Origin: the human T2T-CHM13v2.0 reference genome, Homo sapiens | Reading direction: 5' to 3' (one strand) | Length of the DNA stretch: 64,000 nucleotides | Assembly (NCBI RefSeq): GCF_009914755.1 | Contig: NC_060930.1 | Part shown: positions 40,722 through 57,244 of the stretch, one piece after another | Layout: each line of letters opens with the position of its first letter | How positions within the stretch are numbered: position 1 is the stretch's first letter | Made by a program: the position numbers and the translations under genes | Notes under the pieces: generated by a model | The model's database searches: none | Told to the model about the DNA's origin: nothing | What the model saw: the letters and a program-made list of their open reading frames with translations, nothing else

Positions 40722-41699
40722 TGAGGAACATGGTCGTGCTCTGAACGTGCCAGGCCTGTGCGCCATGCTCCTGTGTGGGCAAACAGATGGGCAATCACTC
40801 TTTCCCTCATGCACATGGTGTTAGCCTCATCACCTGTCTCTACCTATATCTCAGCATTCTCCTACACACTATTCTTACATGTATCACACATAGCGCTCTG
40901 CTAGAATTCTGCTTCCGTTACACACATTTCAAACCTTGTCCCTTAACAAGCACAAGAGGTCAAAGACCTAAATATGCTGCAGATCTGCTTCCACTCCCCG
41001 CCCCCAGTATTTCCCAATAGTATAATATCCGTGTGTTCCTTCCACCAACCCTAGCTCCATCTCTAGTCATTCCCAACTTAGTGTATTTTGAATAAATACA
41101 TGAGTTTAATAAGTTCATAATAAGACTACGAGATTGACAGGAACTAAACAGAACTCTCTCTGCCCTCTGAGACTATACAGTCTGTTAAGAGGTCCTGGGG
41201 TCTGAGGAAAACTGGTATTTTTTTTTTGGAGTCTATTCCACATTAGCACAATGTGAAGCAACACACACTGCATCCTGTAGTTCTCATAAATATTTTTATC
41301 TTTGATTAATGAATGAGGAAATGAATTCTTTAACGATCTATCGCTCACTCGCTCACACAGCAGCCAAGAGGTGCAACTAGGATTTAAACTCACCTTTGGC
41401 TCTAAAATCCATGTTTTGCCTCCTCTTGCCCTCTGCAAGGCTTTCTGATGCCCCCACAATAAAGAGGGCAATGTCCTAAACTGCCTGCTGGTATTGACTG
41501 GTGCACTGTCTGCCTTCAGCACTGATGGAGTTTGGAGTTCGAACTCTGGGCTGGGCAAGTCTGGGGGAGGCTGGTGATATTTACAATGAAGTGAGCCTCA
41601 AGCTTTCATTTGACCAGTAAAGGAAGTGGTGACCACCTCAATTAAGGACCGGATCAAGAAGAAGTCATACCATTCATCTTGTGATAGACATGTAGGATA

Positions 41700-43335
<1,636 letters not shown>

Positions 43336-43402
43336 TGTCACTCATATAGAGGTAGAATGGCTAAAATATGGGGTATCGAAAGATTGATGGAAAAAAATAT
43401 AA

Positions 43403-43757
<355 letters not shown>

Positions 43758-45536
43758 AATGCTCGATATATCTTATAAACAAATAAAATAAACCACGTTA
43801 ACCTGTGTGGGAGATCCGCCTGATTGCATCTCTCATTGGTGAAGGTGAGTCCCGCCAGGGACTCTCAGAATGCTCCTAGGAAACCTTCACACAGACTTTT
43901 TGGCAGATTACACATCTCTCACCCTCTCTAAAGTTTTCCTGGCTTGATTGAACAGATTTTCATTAAAGCAAGCCAGAATCCAGCCCCAGCATTTAACTGC
44001 GCTGCTGCAGGGAGTCATGCATTCTTTTGTAACGTGACTACAACTTTGATTCCCCACTTTCTTCCTAAGATTTGTTGTTGTTTAATTACATGAATTTCAA
44101 GGGTGTGACCCTGACATTTGGGAAGAAAATTAAAAATTTTTTTAAAAAGATGGTAAATGCAGCTGACAGCTCATTTGTCAATGCCAGTTCTACTGCCTAC
44201 TCCTAACTGGTATGTGAAGAGCTTTACGAATCCAATTTGTAGCTTACGGCTAGTGTTAGAAGCAGTGAAACTTCATGGTTTTAGTTTGTGAAAATATTAC
44301 CAGGCTATTGCCTATTTTCTTCTTTAGATGTTGTTTTTAGCTGTTCCAATGTTTTCATTTCTCTGCTTGAGTAACATCTAAAAAGACATGTATATAAAAT
44401 CATATTATATTGAAGAGTATACTGAGCTATGTAAACCATCTTATAATAACTAAAACAACATAACACTAGCACACTGTAGGTTCTCAATAAATGTCTATTG
44501 AATTCCATTGAATAACGCTAGTTACTATATTTACTTATTTTAACTACAGAGAACTGCCTTTTTTTTTTGTTTACCAGTATTTCTAATATGCTTTTGGTAG
44601 GATTTCCTTTCAATGTATATTAATAGTTTTCCTTTATGACATTATGCATGATGGACATTGTCCTGAAGAATATAAAACTATATACTAGGAGGAAATAAAA
44701 TGGAAGTTTTAAAGAAAATCATCATTTTACCTAGTTCAGCTAGTTAAATCCTGAGAGGAGAGTATTTAATTTTTTATTTCATTGTTCTTATGTCTCAGCT
44801 GAGTCTTAAATAATCATGGAGAAAACACACTGTACTGTTTTATTAAGAAATAAATAGCTATTCTCTAAGCAGGAGGATAACATAGTAAAATGTAATATTC
44901 TATTGCTGAGATAAAGAAATGAATAACGCTGCATAATGAAGCAGAGAAGGCTACTTTATAGAACAGCAATGAAGTGTGGCCGACCTCGGGCAGTCTTGAT
45001 GGGTAGGGCCAGAAGGATGCACACCCGAATAGAGGTACTAGTGAAGAGCAAAATGACACTGCGAGGAAACAGTGCATGCATGCTCTGTGTCTTCTGTTCA
45101 CTTATGGAAATAGATCCGTTTTTAAATCATGAGTGTAATGAATAACTGAGAAACATCATAATTGAGAAACAAAAATAATTCTGACTTCACATTCAGAGGG
45201 AGAAATAAACTTTGAGTTTAAGGTAATTAGTTTCCTTATAAAGCCTAAAGGTGTCAAGTATTTTTGGGGGGCTGTGACAAGTCCTAAAATCTTAATGTTT
45301 ATGTTACCACAAGTGTCTTATTCCATCTGAATGGGCCCTTTGGTTAAATCTTTTACCAAATTTGAGAAATTTTCAGTCATTATTCTTCAGTTATTTTCTT
45401 CTGCCTCACTCTCTTTTCTCTCCTTCTGAGACTCCAATTGTACATAAATATGTATATGATTGTCCAACAGATCTTTCAGGCTCTGATTATGTTTCTTCAA
45501 TTAATTTTCTCTCAGTTCTTTAGATTGAATAATTTC

Positions 45537-45939
45537 GTCTTTTTCTGCTGCTGTCTCTTCTTCCTCTTTGTCTTCTTTTTCCTCTTCCTGTTCCTCCTCC
45601 CCTTTTTCTCCTTCTTCCTCTTCTTCCTTCTTTCTTCCTCTTCTTCCTTCTTTCTTCATCTTCATCTTCGTCTCACTCTGCCATCCAGGCTGGAGTGCAA
45701 TGGCACAATCCTAGGTCACTGCATCCTTGAACTCCTGGGCTCAAGTGATCCTCCCATTTCAGTCTCCTGAAAAGGTGGGACTACAGGCACCATGATGGGC
45801 TAAATCTTCTTTAATTGTTTGTAGAGATGGGGTCTTTCTTTGTTGCCCAAGCTGGTCTTGAACTCCTGGGCTCAAGTGATCGTCCTTCTTTGGCCTCCCG
45901 AAACGCTGGGATTACAGGCTTGAGCCACTGCACCTGCCC
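45537..45939 (-). mobile_element. AluJ with ~135-bp GAA/GGA-rich tail
   Basis: 16-bp TSD tag(a/g)ttgaataatttc at 45521-45536 and 45940-45955 encloses both the Alu and the CTT-rich tract. Confidence 0.9.
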
Positions 45940-46762
45940 TAGGTTGAATAATTTCTATCTATCTTCAGGTGTAATGAATCTTCTACCATTTCTAATCTAC
46001 TATTAAACCAGGCCCATATGATTTTAATTTTATAGTTTTCAGCTCTAGAATTTGCTTTATTTAACAATTTTTATTTCTCTTCTGAGATTGCATCTGTTTT
46101 CATGATGATAATATTTTCCTTTGAGTTCCTGAATGTATATTTATTTGATAGCTGCTTTAAAATCTTGTCTGCTAATTGCAACATCTAGGTTATAATCTGG
46201 AGTCATTTTTTTGACTGCCCTTTCTCTTGAGTTCTGGTCAATTTTCCTGTTCTATGTCTAGTGATTTTTAATTGTATTTGGGACATAATAATACAGAGAG
46301 TATGGGCACTGTCCTGTCCCTCTGAAGAGTATTGAATTTTGTTCTCACAATCTGGGCTCAAGCTCCAAATTCCATCTCCCCTGCAGTGGGCACAAGCTGA
46401 AGTCTCTATTATTTATGCCTCCAGCTGCTGTTTTCTCATGGGGATCACTGGGATCTGTGATCAATGAATGCACAAAGTGTGAATACAGAATTTAGGAGTC
46501 AAGGTTACCCCCTCTGCATCCCTCTCCCTTCCAGGATTCCCTCCCATACTTGCAGCTACTCCCCAATCCATCTGCTGTGTTCTCTGCCCTTTTTAGTGAG
46601 TAAGGCTGTGGCTTCTGCTGCTCAAAATGCAGGGGTTGGGAGTACCCTCAGGCAAAAAGCAGCAAGCTCTGGAATCTCACCTGTTGACGTTTCCATCGTT
46701 CGAGGCTGGCCTCCAATCCAGTTTTTACCTGCCATGTGGTCATTTTCAGTGCCTTAGTTTAA

Positions 46763-47133
<371 letters not shown>

Positions 47134-49079
47134 TTACTCCCCTTTCGTTAAATTCAGTGACTCAAAATGGTACCATAATTTGGATAGACTGTTGGAAAGT
47201 GGTCAGTTTTAAAGATGTGTTTAATTTATACACAGAACTAACAAAGGTGAGAGGGTTATAGCAGAGAAGAGACAGTGCAAAGCGACTCATCTAGTGTTTT
47301 TTAAAATAGACTTTTAAAATGGCAAAACCCAAGATATTTAAAGTATTTATGTAATCACTTAAAAATGTATTAAAGAAATATTTGTAGAAAACATATGTAA
47401 AATTTACAGTATGGATAATTTAAGATGAGTCAGATGTGAAAGACTTCTCAAGGAACTCAAATTCAGAAGAAATGGGAAGAGATGCCCAAAGTGGTGAAGG
47501 TGAATAAAGCTGGAGAACAGATAGGATGTTGTTTGAATCCTTCCCTTAAGAATGTCCTTTGTCACTGAAATAGCATGTGTCTTGAGACCTGGTCTCAATG
47601 AAAGTCACCAGGGAATAGTTAAACAGCAAAATGCTAGGTAGCTGTATTCTAGGGGAAAATGAAAAGGGAGGTAAAGGTAACTGAAACAGGAAATATTATA
47701 GAAGTTATAATTTCTACACAACATGGAATTCTTTAGATTCAATTAAGAAGTCCTCTGCTGCTTTATAAAGCACCAGAAGTTTCAGCACTGGTGGGTGGAG
47801 GTAAGATAAATGCTCCAAATTGAGGAGAAAGCACCGTAGTCTTCGGAGGCAAATATTCCAGGAAACAAATCTCCTGAAATGCGTGGGTAAGATGTGACCT
47901 TTGGGCAGCTATGCCCAGGAAGGCTGACAATTCTCTGAATACAGAGAAGAAACCATCCAGGCAGATGAATATGGAGTGGGACTTAGCGGTGTGAGGCAGA
48001 GCTAGGCAGGAAGAAATGGAACGCCCAGTCCAGCCTGGGTCAGAAATCACTCAGAAGACACCCACGCTGCAAGTTGCATCAAGCCTCTGGTGAATGGGCA
48101 TTTGACATTTATGCACGAACTGTGAAAGCTAGATAGGTAGAGAGATAGACATATACGCATATAGATAGCTACACATGCATACATATAAAATGGGACTTCA
48201 CTGTTCAGAATAATGTACGTAGTTATCATTTCCTCTGTCAGGGCAATGTTTCCCAGTTATTTTGCTGTCTTTTTTACAAATAAGCCTTTCTAAATTTTGT
48301 TACTGAATTAGAACTCAAAGAAAAAGTTATTTCAATATTTTGGCCCTAGAATGGACAAGCCGGTTTGGCAGCATCTTTTACAGACTCCTGCCTCAATCAA
48401 ACACATGCCACAGGTGTGCAACAAGGTGTAATGGAAATCAATTATGGTACAATGAAGAGTGGAGAAACTTTATCTGTAAACTCTTATGAACTCAGTTTAA
48501 ATCAGAAAACACTGTAATTGAGTATGGATAGGAACTTTGTTTCTGTCCTGTTCTATATGGCAATAAGTCTGGTGGGCGATGAACCTGTCACAATACATTT
48601 AAAATGGCAATGAATATGTGATGTCTTTGCACAAAAGAGAGCAACTTCAAGAAATAAGATATTCTATATGGTTATAACTTGCAAATGAATAAACAGGCTT
48701 TCATCTCTGTGACCTTGTGCATTTAGTATGTGTGTGGGCATTCATGGGTTGAATGTTTGGGTGGCAATAATTTTACATGGAATGAATGAAGCCATATTAT
48801 TTGTTTCCCTCCATCTATCAGTCAAGCATTAGTCTTCTCTGGACCAAGGTGTCCATCATCATCCTCACAGCTTCTGTTGGGATGCCATGTGATTCCTAAC
48901 ACCAGCCTCTACTTTGGTTCTGGAATACACTGGTTTCTTCCAGATCATTATGTGGTTTCCTCTCCTTTCCCAGAACTCACATGCAGTCAATCTGAATTTT
49001 AGAATTATTTAATATTAAGCAAAGTAAAAATCAGCTGGAGAAATTACAGGTTATAAGAATTTTTCAGTCTAATACTCTA

Positions 49080-50240
49080 TTTTAGCAAACTTTTATTGAT
49101 GCATGATGTACAGAAAAGTGCACAGATCACAACTACACAGCTCAGTGAATGCACAAAGTGAATACATCTTGTTCACCAAGCCCAATCCCAGGAAGAAAAT
49201 GCTGCCAGTGCTACTGAAGTTCCCCTTGTTCCTCTCTCGATCATTGTCATCACCCTAAAGGTAATTACTATTCTGACTTCTAAAGCCAAAGATTAATTTT
49301 GTCTGTCAGTGAACTTCATATAAATGGAATCATGTGGGGTGTACTATTTTTGTTCATGTTCTTTCTCTTCATGTTGTGAGACTCATTCACGCTATTGCAT
49401 GTAGCTGTAGGCTGTTTTTGCTGTGAAGTGTTTCATTTTATGGATATACCAAAATCTGTTTTTCTCTTGTATATATTTGAGTTGTATTCTCATTTTTGGC
49501 TATCATAAATGGTGCTGCTGTGAACAACCTTGTACAGGTCTTTGGATGCACAAAAGTACACATTTGTCTAGATACAGAGGAGTGTCATTTCTGGGTGACA
49601 AGAGATGCATATGTTCAGACTTACTAGATACTGCCAGTTTTCCAAAGTTGTTGTACAAATATACACTCACACCAGCAATTTATGAGAATTACAATTGTTC
49701 CACTTCTGTGTCAACTCTTGGTATAGTCAGTCTTTTTAATTTTAGCTTCTCTGGTGGTCATATAGTAGTATCTTTTTTTGTTGTTGTTTGTTTGCTTTCT
49801 TTTGGTATGAGACAGGGTCTTGCTTTATCATCCATAGAGTTCAGTGGCGCAATCACAGCTCACTGCAGCCTCAACTTCCTGGGCTCAAGCAATCCTACCG
49901 CATCAGCCCTTCAAGTAGCTGGGACTACAGGTGCACCACCACGCTGTCTAATTTTTGTATTTTTTGTAGAGATGGGGTTTCACTATTTTGCCCAGGCTGG
50001 TCTTGAATTCCTGAGCTCAGGTGATCCACCTGCCTCTGCCTCCCAAAGTGCTGGGATTACAGGCGTGAGGCGCTGCGCCTGGCCTTATCTTGTAGTTTTA
50101 ATCTGCATTTCTTTGATTACTAAGTGACTAAGGAATTTTGTATACTTATGGGCCGTTTCGATGTCCTCTTTTGCAAAGGGTTTAGCCTGCTTTTCTGTTC
50201 GGTTGTCTCTTTCTTGTTGACTTTTGTGGGTTATCTACGT
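49080..50240 (-). mobile_element. L1M (MD/ME-type) 3' end, split by AluJ
   Basis: gaaaagtgcaca, aaatggaatcat and tttaatctgcatttctttgattact are typical antisense L1 3' motifs. Confidence 0.8.
49773..50084 (-). mobile_element. AluJ
   Basis: gagacagggtct and cactgcagcctcaacttcctgggctcaagc. Confidence 0.92.
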
Positions 50241-50689
50241 TTAGATGGAAGTGCATGATGACAAGGGATTCAGTGCAGCCTTGGATTAGAACTTGCCCAA
50301 AGTCCTTGCTTGTTCTTGAGGACTCACTGGAGGTTTCTTATGATGGCAGTTTAAGCCTCTGTCTTCTACGTTCGGTGAGATTCCCTGGCAGGACCAGACC
50401 GAGAATGAGGTGACAGAGGAGACTCTCTATGGCATGTGTCTTTCTTGCCTTCCTACTTGCCTTGAACAGATGGGAAGAAGTTGGTGTTAACCTGTGTGCT
50501 TAGTTAAGAATGTCGGTGCCAATAACCCCATGAAACTAGCTACCACTTGGTGACACTCACCAAATGTCCTGCATTGGGGCTGAAATTGCAGGAAAATAAA
50601 AATCTTTCATGTCCCACAGAGAGTTGGAGGATCCCAGAAGTTAAAGAACAAGTTCAATGTCAACTTGTCTAAATAAAATTTGCCCTCAA

Positions 50690-50995
50690 TAGCACCCCTG
50701 ACAGATGGTGGCCCCAGCTCTGCCCATCAATTCCAGTGACAGGAAACCCAACTCTGTAATATTCAAGGCAAACTGACCCACTATTGGCCAGCTCTGATGA
50801 TGAGAAAATTCTTGTCTACATTCATATATGTAATGTGCCTCTCTGTTACTTCCACTGCTGATCTTAGATCTTTTCTCTGGAGGCAGAAGGGAGCAAAGGC
50901 ACTTGCTCCCTTGCTTATGAGAGTTCTTTAAATATTTGAAGACATTCACTACGTCATGAGGTCACCTCTTAATTTTTCCTTTAGACTAAACATAA
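50690..50995 (-). mobile_element. L3/CR1 3' region
   Basis: ttccagtgacagg...ccagctctgatgatgagaaaattctt...aaatatttgaagaca...tagactaaaca match antisense L3. Confidence 0.75.
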
Positions 50996-51627
50996 AAAAC
51001 TAACCTCCTTGAAATAGACATCAGAAAAGCACCCTAGTCACAGAATACACTAAAATCAAAGATGAGTAATTTATTAAAGTATTTATTTTCTGATTCGAGA
51101 ACATATATCATTTTCCCTTTTGTTTATTTTTCCTTTTATTAAACAGTAATTACCAAGTGGATCCCAGTAGGCTCATTAAAATGTTTAAATTTCATTATTA
51201 CAGGTAATACCCCTCATTTTGTAGGCCGGTTTCTTCTTGCCTGCCAACACCTGCTGTTACCTTTTATTCTGATGATTGTTAACGGAATAATTCTGCGGTG
51301 GGGATCTTTTCAGTGTGTGACCCTGGTGAATAGCAAAGCCCTGTTCGAATTTTCCTTCTGTGTGTTGTTCATAATTCAAGGTAATCTCCAAAATGGTTGT
51401 AATGTGTCTTTTCTCATTTACATGAGAAACTGTCATTCAAAATTTTGTTTCCTGGAACTGGAGAAATTTCACAGAGCTGTTCTGAACATACACTGCACTG
51501 TACGTTTGTACCTTTGAAAGCAGGGGAGAAAAAGGAGACAGAGATTTGTTGATTCATAAAAATAAAGGAACACTCTGGCCCATTTGGGCAGTTCTTTTTT
51601 AGTCTTAGAATTTACTGTGCATATGCA

Positions 51628-51760
51628 TTTATTCATTCAGTAATCAATAAATATTTATGAAGGGCCTACATTACATCAGGAGCTCTGCTGAAATATTGAG
51701 GATACATTAGTGAAAGCTGCCCTCCTTGAGTTTAGCTGCTGGTTGGGGAGACTGGTAAAC
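51628..51760 (-). mobile_element. L2 3' end
   Basis: ttcattca...aaatatttatgaagggcctac. Confidence 0.7.
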
Positions 51761-51947
51761 ATATAGGGATTTTTGATCCCTTGCAATGTGCAGAATGGAA
51801 GGAGCTCAATAAATAGTAACCATGATCACTGCTAATGTTACTACTACTACTGCTGCCACTATTGCTACTGTGATGCTACCGTTACTACTTCTATTATTAC
51901 TCCATTTCTATTTTAGCCCTGCTACCCAGCAACTATAAAAGGCCCTG

Positions 51948-52299
<352 letters not shown>

Positions 52300-53689
52300 C
52301 TAGGTACCTGTTTCTATCTGCAAGATGGCAGTAAGTGTGTTACCAAAACAAACAAACAAAAATGGTGGAGTAGATCAGTGTACAGATATTTTGGGGAATG
52401 CTATTTTAAGCAAAGTTTGCTTATTGAAGATTTCCCTGTAGTGTGTTAACATGCATTGTGGATCTCCAAGAACATGCACCAAATTTGTTTGGCTGCCAAA
52501 TATATTTTTTTTCCCGGTATCTCTCTGTGTTAACAAAAACCAGTTTCTCGGAAATAACATCTCTTGTTCTGGGGAATGGATCTTTTCCCTCTCAATAAAG
52601 AACTACATAATTTTCTAAGTATTTTGCATCTTGAATGTTCTGTGACTCTACTATGTCTTAAGGTCTTCTGATATTAGGGTAACAATACATTTCAGTGTGT
52701 GTGAGATAAATAATTAACAGTGCTCCCTTAAAAAATATTTCCCACTTCAAATAATAAACTACATGGTCACCTTACCTAATACGGTGATCTTAACTCATTC
52801 TCATAGATATTTCTTGGCATATTGCTTCAGTTGCCCACAGAGTTTCTTGACACAAAATACCCATTAAATATTGAATAATAGGAACATCTTCCCTCTCCTA
52901 ACATCATCTCCTCTTAACAAATTACCACCAATTTCCTTTGAATGATTCTCTGTTAAGTAGAGAACAACGAATAGACTTATACTTCCTTAGCTGTGAGCAG
53001 AGCAGGGTCTATGGCACATCTGCTGGGCACCTCACCTGCAATAGAGCTGTGACATATTCACAAGTCTGGGGCATGATCTTTGCCTTCAAGGTATTACTTA
53101 AGATCTATTATTGCCTTCAAGATATTTCTTAAAACCTATTAAATCTATTGGGTGGAGTTGTGTATTTGGCAAGATAGTTTATAATGTAGAAAATGTATAA
53201 ATTAACCAACAATCCCCATAATTGTTTATTATATTTATCATACATCTCTGCCTTAGGGGCAATATATGTATTATTTAGCCCGTGGAGCAATAGTCTGAAT
53301 AAAAGCATGTGTGTTGGATGAGGGCTGATTGGCTCCTGAGTTTCCATATTTGTGACATCAATTCGATATTAACTTACTCCGTTTTTTTTTCACCCTTTTC
53401 ACCCCTCATCTTTCCTCTTGTTTCTAGTGACAATGAGAAACTCTGGTCTCAGTGGGATGGAAATAGAGCCTGGAAGAAATGGGAAACTTTAATATCTGGA
53501 TGGATTCCTTAAACAGGTAACAGAAACTATAGCCTGAAAGCCAAACTGATTTTGATTGACAAGAACCGGACTTTAAGGGGGAAATAATAAAATACATTCT
53601 TAGGGACTAAAGAAGATGGGGCTTGACTATGAAGAACTAAGCTTAGAACACTATGCACGAGATTTGTACCAAACACATTAAAGGAAAAA

Positions 53690-54500
53690 GAAAATCTAGA
53701 CGACATCATAATTTCCCCGCCACGCAAAAAAGAAATGTGAAGGTAGAATTCGGCTGATTTGAGAATGCTGGGGGAAGACGGAAATGTGCGTGCTCTGCAT
53801 GCCCCAGAAATCTTCACACCTTTTACTCCTTATCCACTGAATGCTAGGGAAGAAGAAGAAGATGGAACAGATACTTCGAGGGGATCCAGCAGCAGGAAGG
53901 TTGCACCTCACTCTCCGGGGTAAAGCCTGGGAAGGCTAATGGGCTTTTAGGGAAACTATGTTCAGCATGGCCCTGGCACCATGGAGCTTCTAGTCTGGAC
54001 AGGAAATTTGAGGAGCTTTCTCTCTGGGGTTGGTGGTAGCCACGTGAATTTTACCATTCCCAGCATGGTCCAAGAAATACATCCAGAAGTTCTGGAACAT
54101 CCTCCTCTCTACAGGGGGACTAAAAATATACTGAGAAGCCCAGCGGATTGGGAGTTGCCTGGGGTTAGGACCAGAAGTGAGAGATTTGATGAGGTCCCAG
54201 AGAAAAAGACCCGGCAGCCGGGCAGGTCAGATGAAACCTCCGCAGGTGCCACAGTTCAACATCTACGGTTCCGGAGGGCACGTGGCAGGGAGGGGAGGAG
54301 GGGCAGCGGAGGCCGGAGGGCACAGGGGTCAGAAGCCCCTGCTCTGATGCCAGGATAGTACGCGTCTCGTTGGACACAAGATGAGAGATTGGAGCAAATG
54401 ACAAGAAAAAGAGAAGGGGAGAATTTTGAGTCAAGACTGTTTATTTAAGGGAGACGTGTTTAAATTGCAAGCGATTGCAATTGTGGAACTGACGATTTTA
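53690..54500. promoter_or_regulatory. CpG/G-rich TE-free block with two CACGTG E-boxes
   Basis: CACGTG at 54041 and 54279. G-tracts at 54288-54328. Raised CpG content. Function is inferred. Confidence 0.35.
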
Positions 54501-55650
54501 AACAAATTTTCCCAGCATCCCCCTGAAGTAAAAGCTTGAAAAATAAAGTCCACCTGGGTGGTGACTGTCAAGACAGGCCCTGCCCCGTGGGCACTGGCTG
54601 AGGAATTTGGTGTATTCCACACATGCCGGAGTTTCCAAGGAGGAAACGTGTTTGAAGTCCAAAGAACAAGGACGGCCTCTGCTTGCTAATCAGGTAAATA
54701 TTCATCCGAAAAAGCAAGATTTTGTTATAGATTGTAAACAGAAGTTTGACCTGCTCTAGCTTCCTAAGAATGAAGTGTTTCTATGTGCCTATTTCTCTAG
54801 GGTTTGTAGCTTAATGAGGTCTTGCCTTGGAACCTGATGAACATATCACTTCCTTTGAACTCTGTGGGTAAATGGAATCCTCTGACAGTCCATCTGTTTT
54901 CTATTTCGGTTTTCTGCCTCTTGGTTTCAAAGCACACGTTCCCCGTGACCTGTTACCTGTTGCTGAACCTTGTTCCAGTGCACAGCGGCCTCTCGCGCAT
55001 CCCCACCCACCCGTCGGGTTGGGAACTGGTCAAAACCATCATCCTTCCGTTTTGCCATCATGGCATTGACGGGTATTTAGGGTTTGGAGTTCGTTGAATT
55101 TAAACTGATACACCTACAGCCATAACTGGCTTTAAGAATTAATTCTTCTATTGAAAAGTAAGCGTAAATTGGATTGTTTATAAATTAAATCGCTTAAATT
55201 TATCCTAAAGCGGCCTGAGGAAAGAAATCTACTTGTCAGTGCTTTTGAAAAAGTAACAGATTACTTTATGGATTGTTAATTACCATTTATTCATTGATTC
55301 CGTCAAGCACCTTTTTTTGTGTAGGGCACTGTGCTAGGTGCTTAACTTATCTTTGCTCTAAATTCATTTTGCCAAGTATGGAGTTTGCACTAAGATATCC
55401 TTGTTGCTGTCCTCTGTATAGTGATAGAGGGGTCCCATCTAAAGGATGACCAGAGAAAATGTACAAATATATATTTTAAAGAAGGTGATAGTCTTCCCTT
55501 TGCGCGCTTTAAAATCCCTACCTCGTTATTTTTTGTATTTCACCTCTACTCCAAAGATCCCTGAATTGCTGGAAGCAGTACAAACTTGGCCAAGTCAGTT
55601 ACATGACCAGGCAGTGAGCGTGGATTTTTGTGCCAGCTTCCATAGGTGGG

Positions 55651-55727
55651 CCTGCTCTCAGAGGTGGGATCACTTCCTGTTCTCAGAGGTGGGATCACTT
55701 CCTGCTCTCAGAGGGAGGATCACTTCC
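55651..55727 (+). repeat. 25-bp tandem repeat x3 (cctgctctcagaggtgggatcactt)
   Basis: Units start at 55651, 55676 and 55701, with 1-2 mismatches each. Confidence 0.95.
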
Positions 55728-56400
55728 ACCTCACATTCTTTCTTTGGCAAGAATTTGAAAGCTGAAAAAGAACAATGGCATTTTGGCCCGTCACAAATTT
55801 CAGCAGGGTGGATTATTTCTTATTAAGCTGTTGGAATTTTGTTTTTTCATTCAGTGAACATTAGTACCTACACTGTGTCAAACACTGTTAGATGTTGTAG
55901 ATACACAGATATACCTGAGAATAAGACTGTCTTCAAAGGGTTCATGGCTGATGGTAGGAAACAAACACATGAATAACTCGTTAAATGCACCATTTATTTA
56001 TTTATTCAACAACTCTTTATTAATGCTTATATGTTAGATAAATATTTTATTAGAGATTATTTACAAAGTGCTTGGTGGAGAGAAATGAGAGACTTCACTT
56101 GTCATGCAGAGGTGGGATGGGAACTGCAGAGAGCTATTAGGATCAGCTTTTAGAGAAGAAGATAATTGAATTGAGCCTTGAAATCAGGTGGGGAAAGGAC
56201 TACAAGCATCAGCATCGAGGTTTGGCAGGTGAACATGGATAACGAGGATAAATAATGTACAACCGTGTCTTAGGCTAAAATCAAATTCCTGCTCAGGAAT
56301 TAGGGGCATAAGCAAATAAGCAGGGGGGATCTTTATTTCTGTAGGGGCTGCTTTGCCAGAAACCTCGAATACTACGTCTAGCAGATTCAGCTTTTATTAA

Positions 56401-56718
<318 letters not shown>

Positions 56719-56733
56719 TAAAGACTCCACTGC

Positions 56734-57094
56734 TGTATTAGTCAGTTTTCACGCTGCTGATAAAGACATACCTGAGACTGGGTAGTTTATAAAGAAAAAG
56801 AGGTTTAATGGACTCACAGTTCCACGTGGCTGGGGAGGCCTCACAATCATGGCAGAAGATGAAAGGCATGTCTTACATGGCGGCAGGCAAGAGAGAATGA
56901 GAACGAAGTGAAAGGGTTTCCCCTTATAAAACCATCAGATCTTGTGAGACTTATTCACTACCATGAGAACAGTATGGGGGAAAATGCCCCCATGATTCAA
57001 TTATCTCCCACTGGGACCCTCCCACAACCCGTGGGAATTATGGGAGCTACAATTCAAGACGAGATTTGGGTGGGGACACAGCCAAACCAAATCA
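56734..57094 (-). mobile_element. THE1B-like MaLR solo LTR
   Basis: tgtattagtc...aaaccaaatca termini. TSD actgc/gctgc. Confidence 0.93.
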
Positions 57095-57244
57095 GCTGCC
57101 CAGACTCTTTTGCCACTCTCGGTGGTCATCTGATGAAGCTCTCGCCAGTGAATTTGGGTCTTCCAGGAAGGTGCGTTCTGAGATCTGACCTACGGGGAGG
57201 TGTTCCCCTTGGGTTCTCCGTGTCCTCTTCACTGATTTTTTAGC

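Noticed and set aside
51828-51905. (TAC/TGC)-rich low-complexity run
   Set aside because: Ordinary degenerate trinucleotide tail following a MIR-like end.
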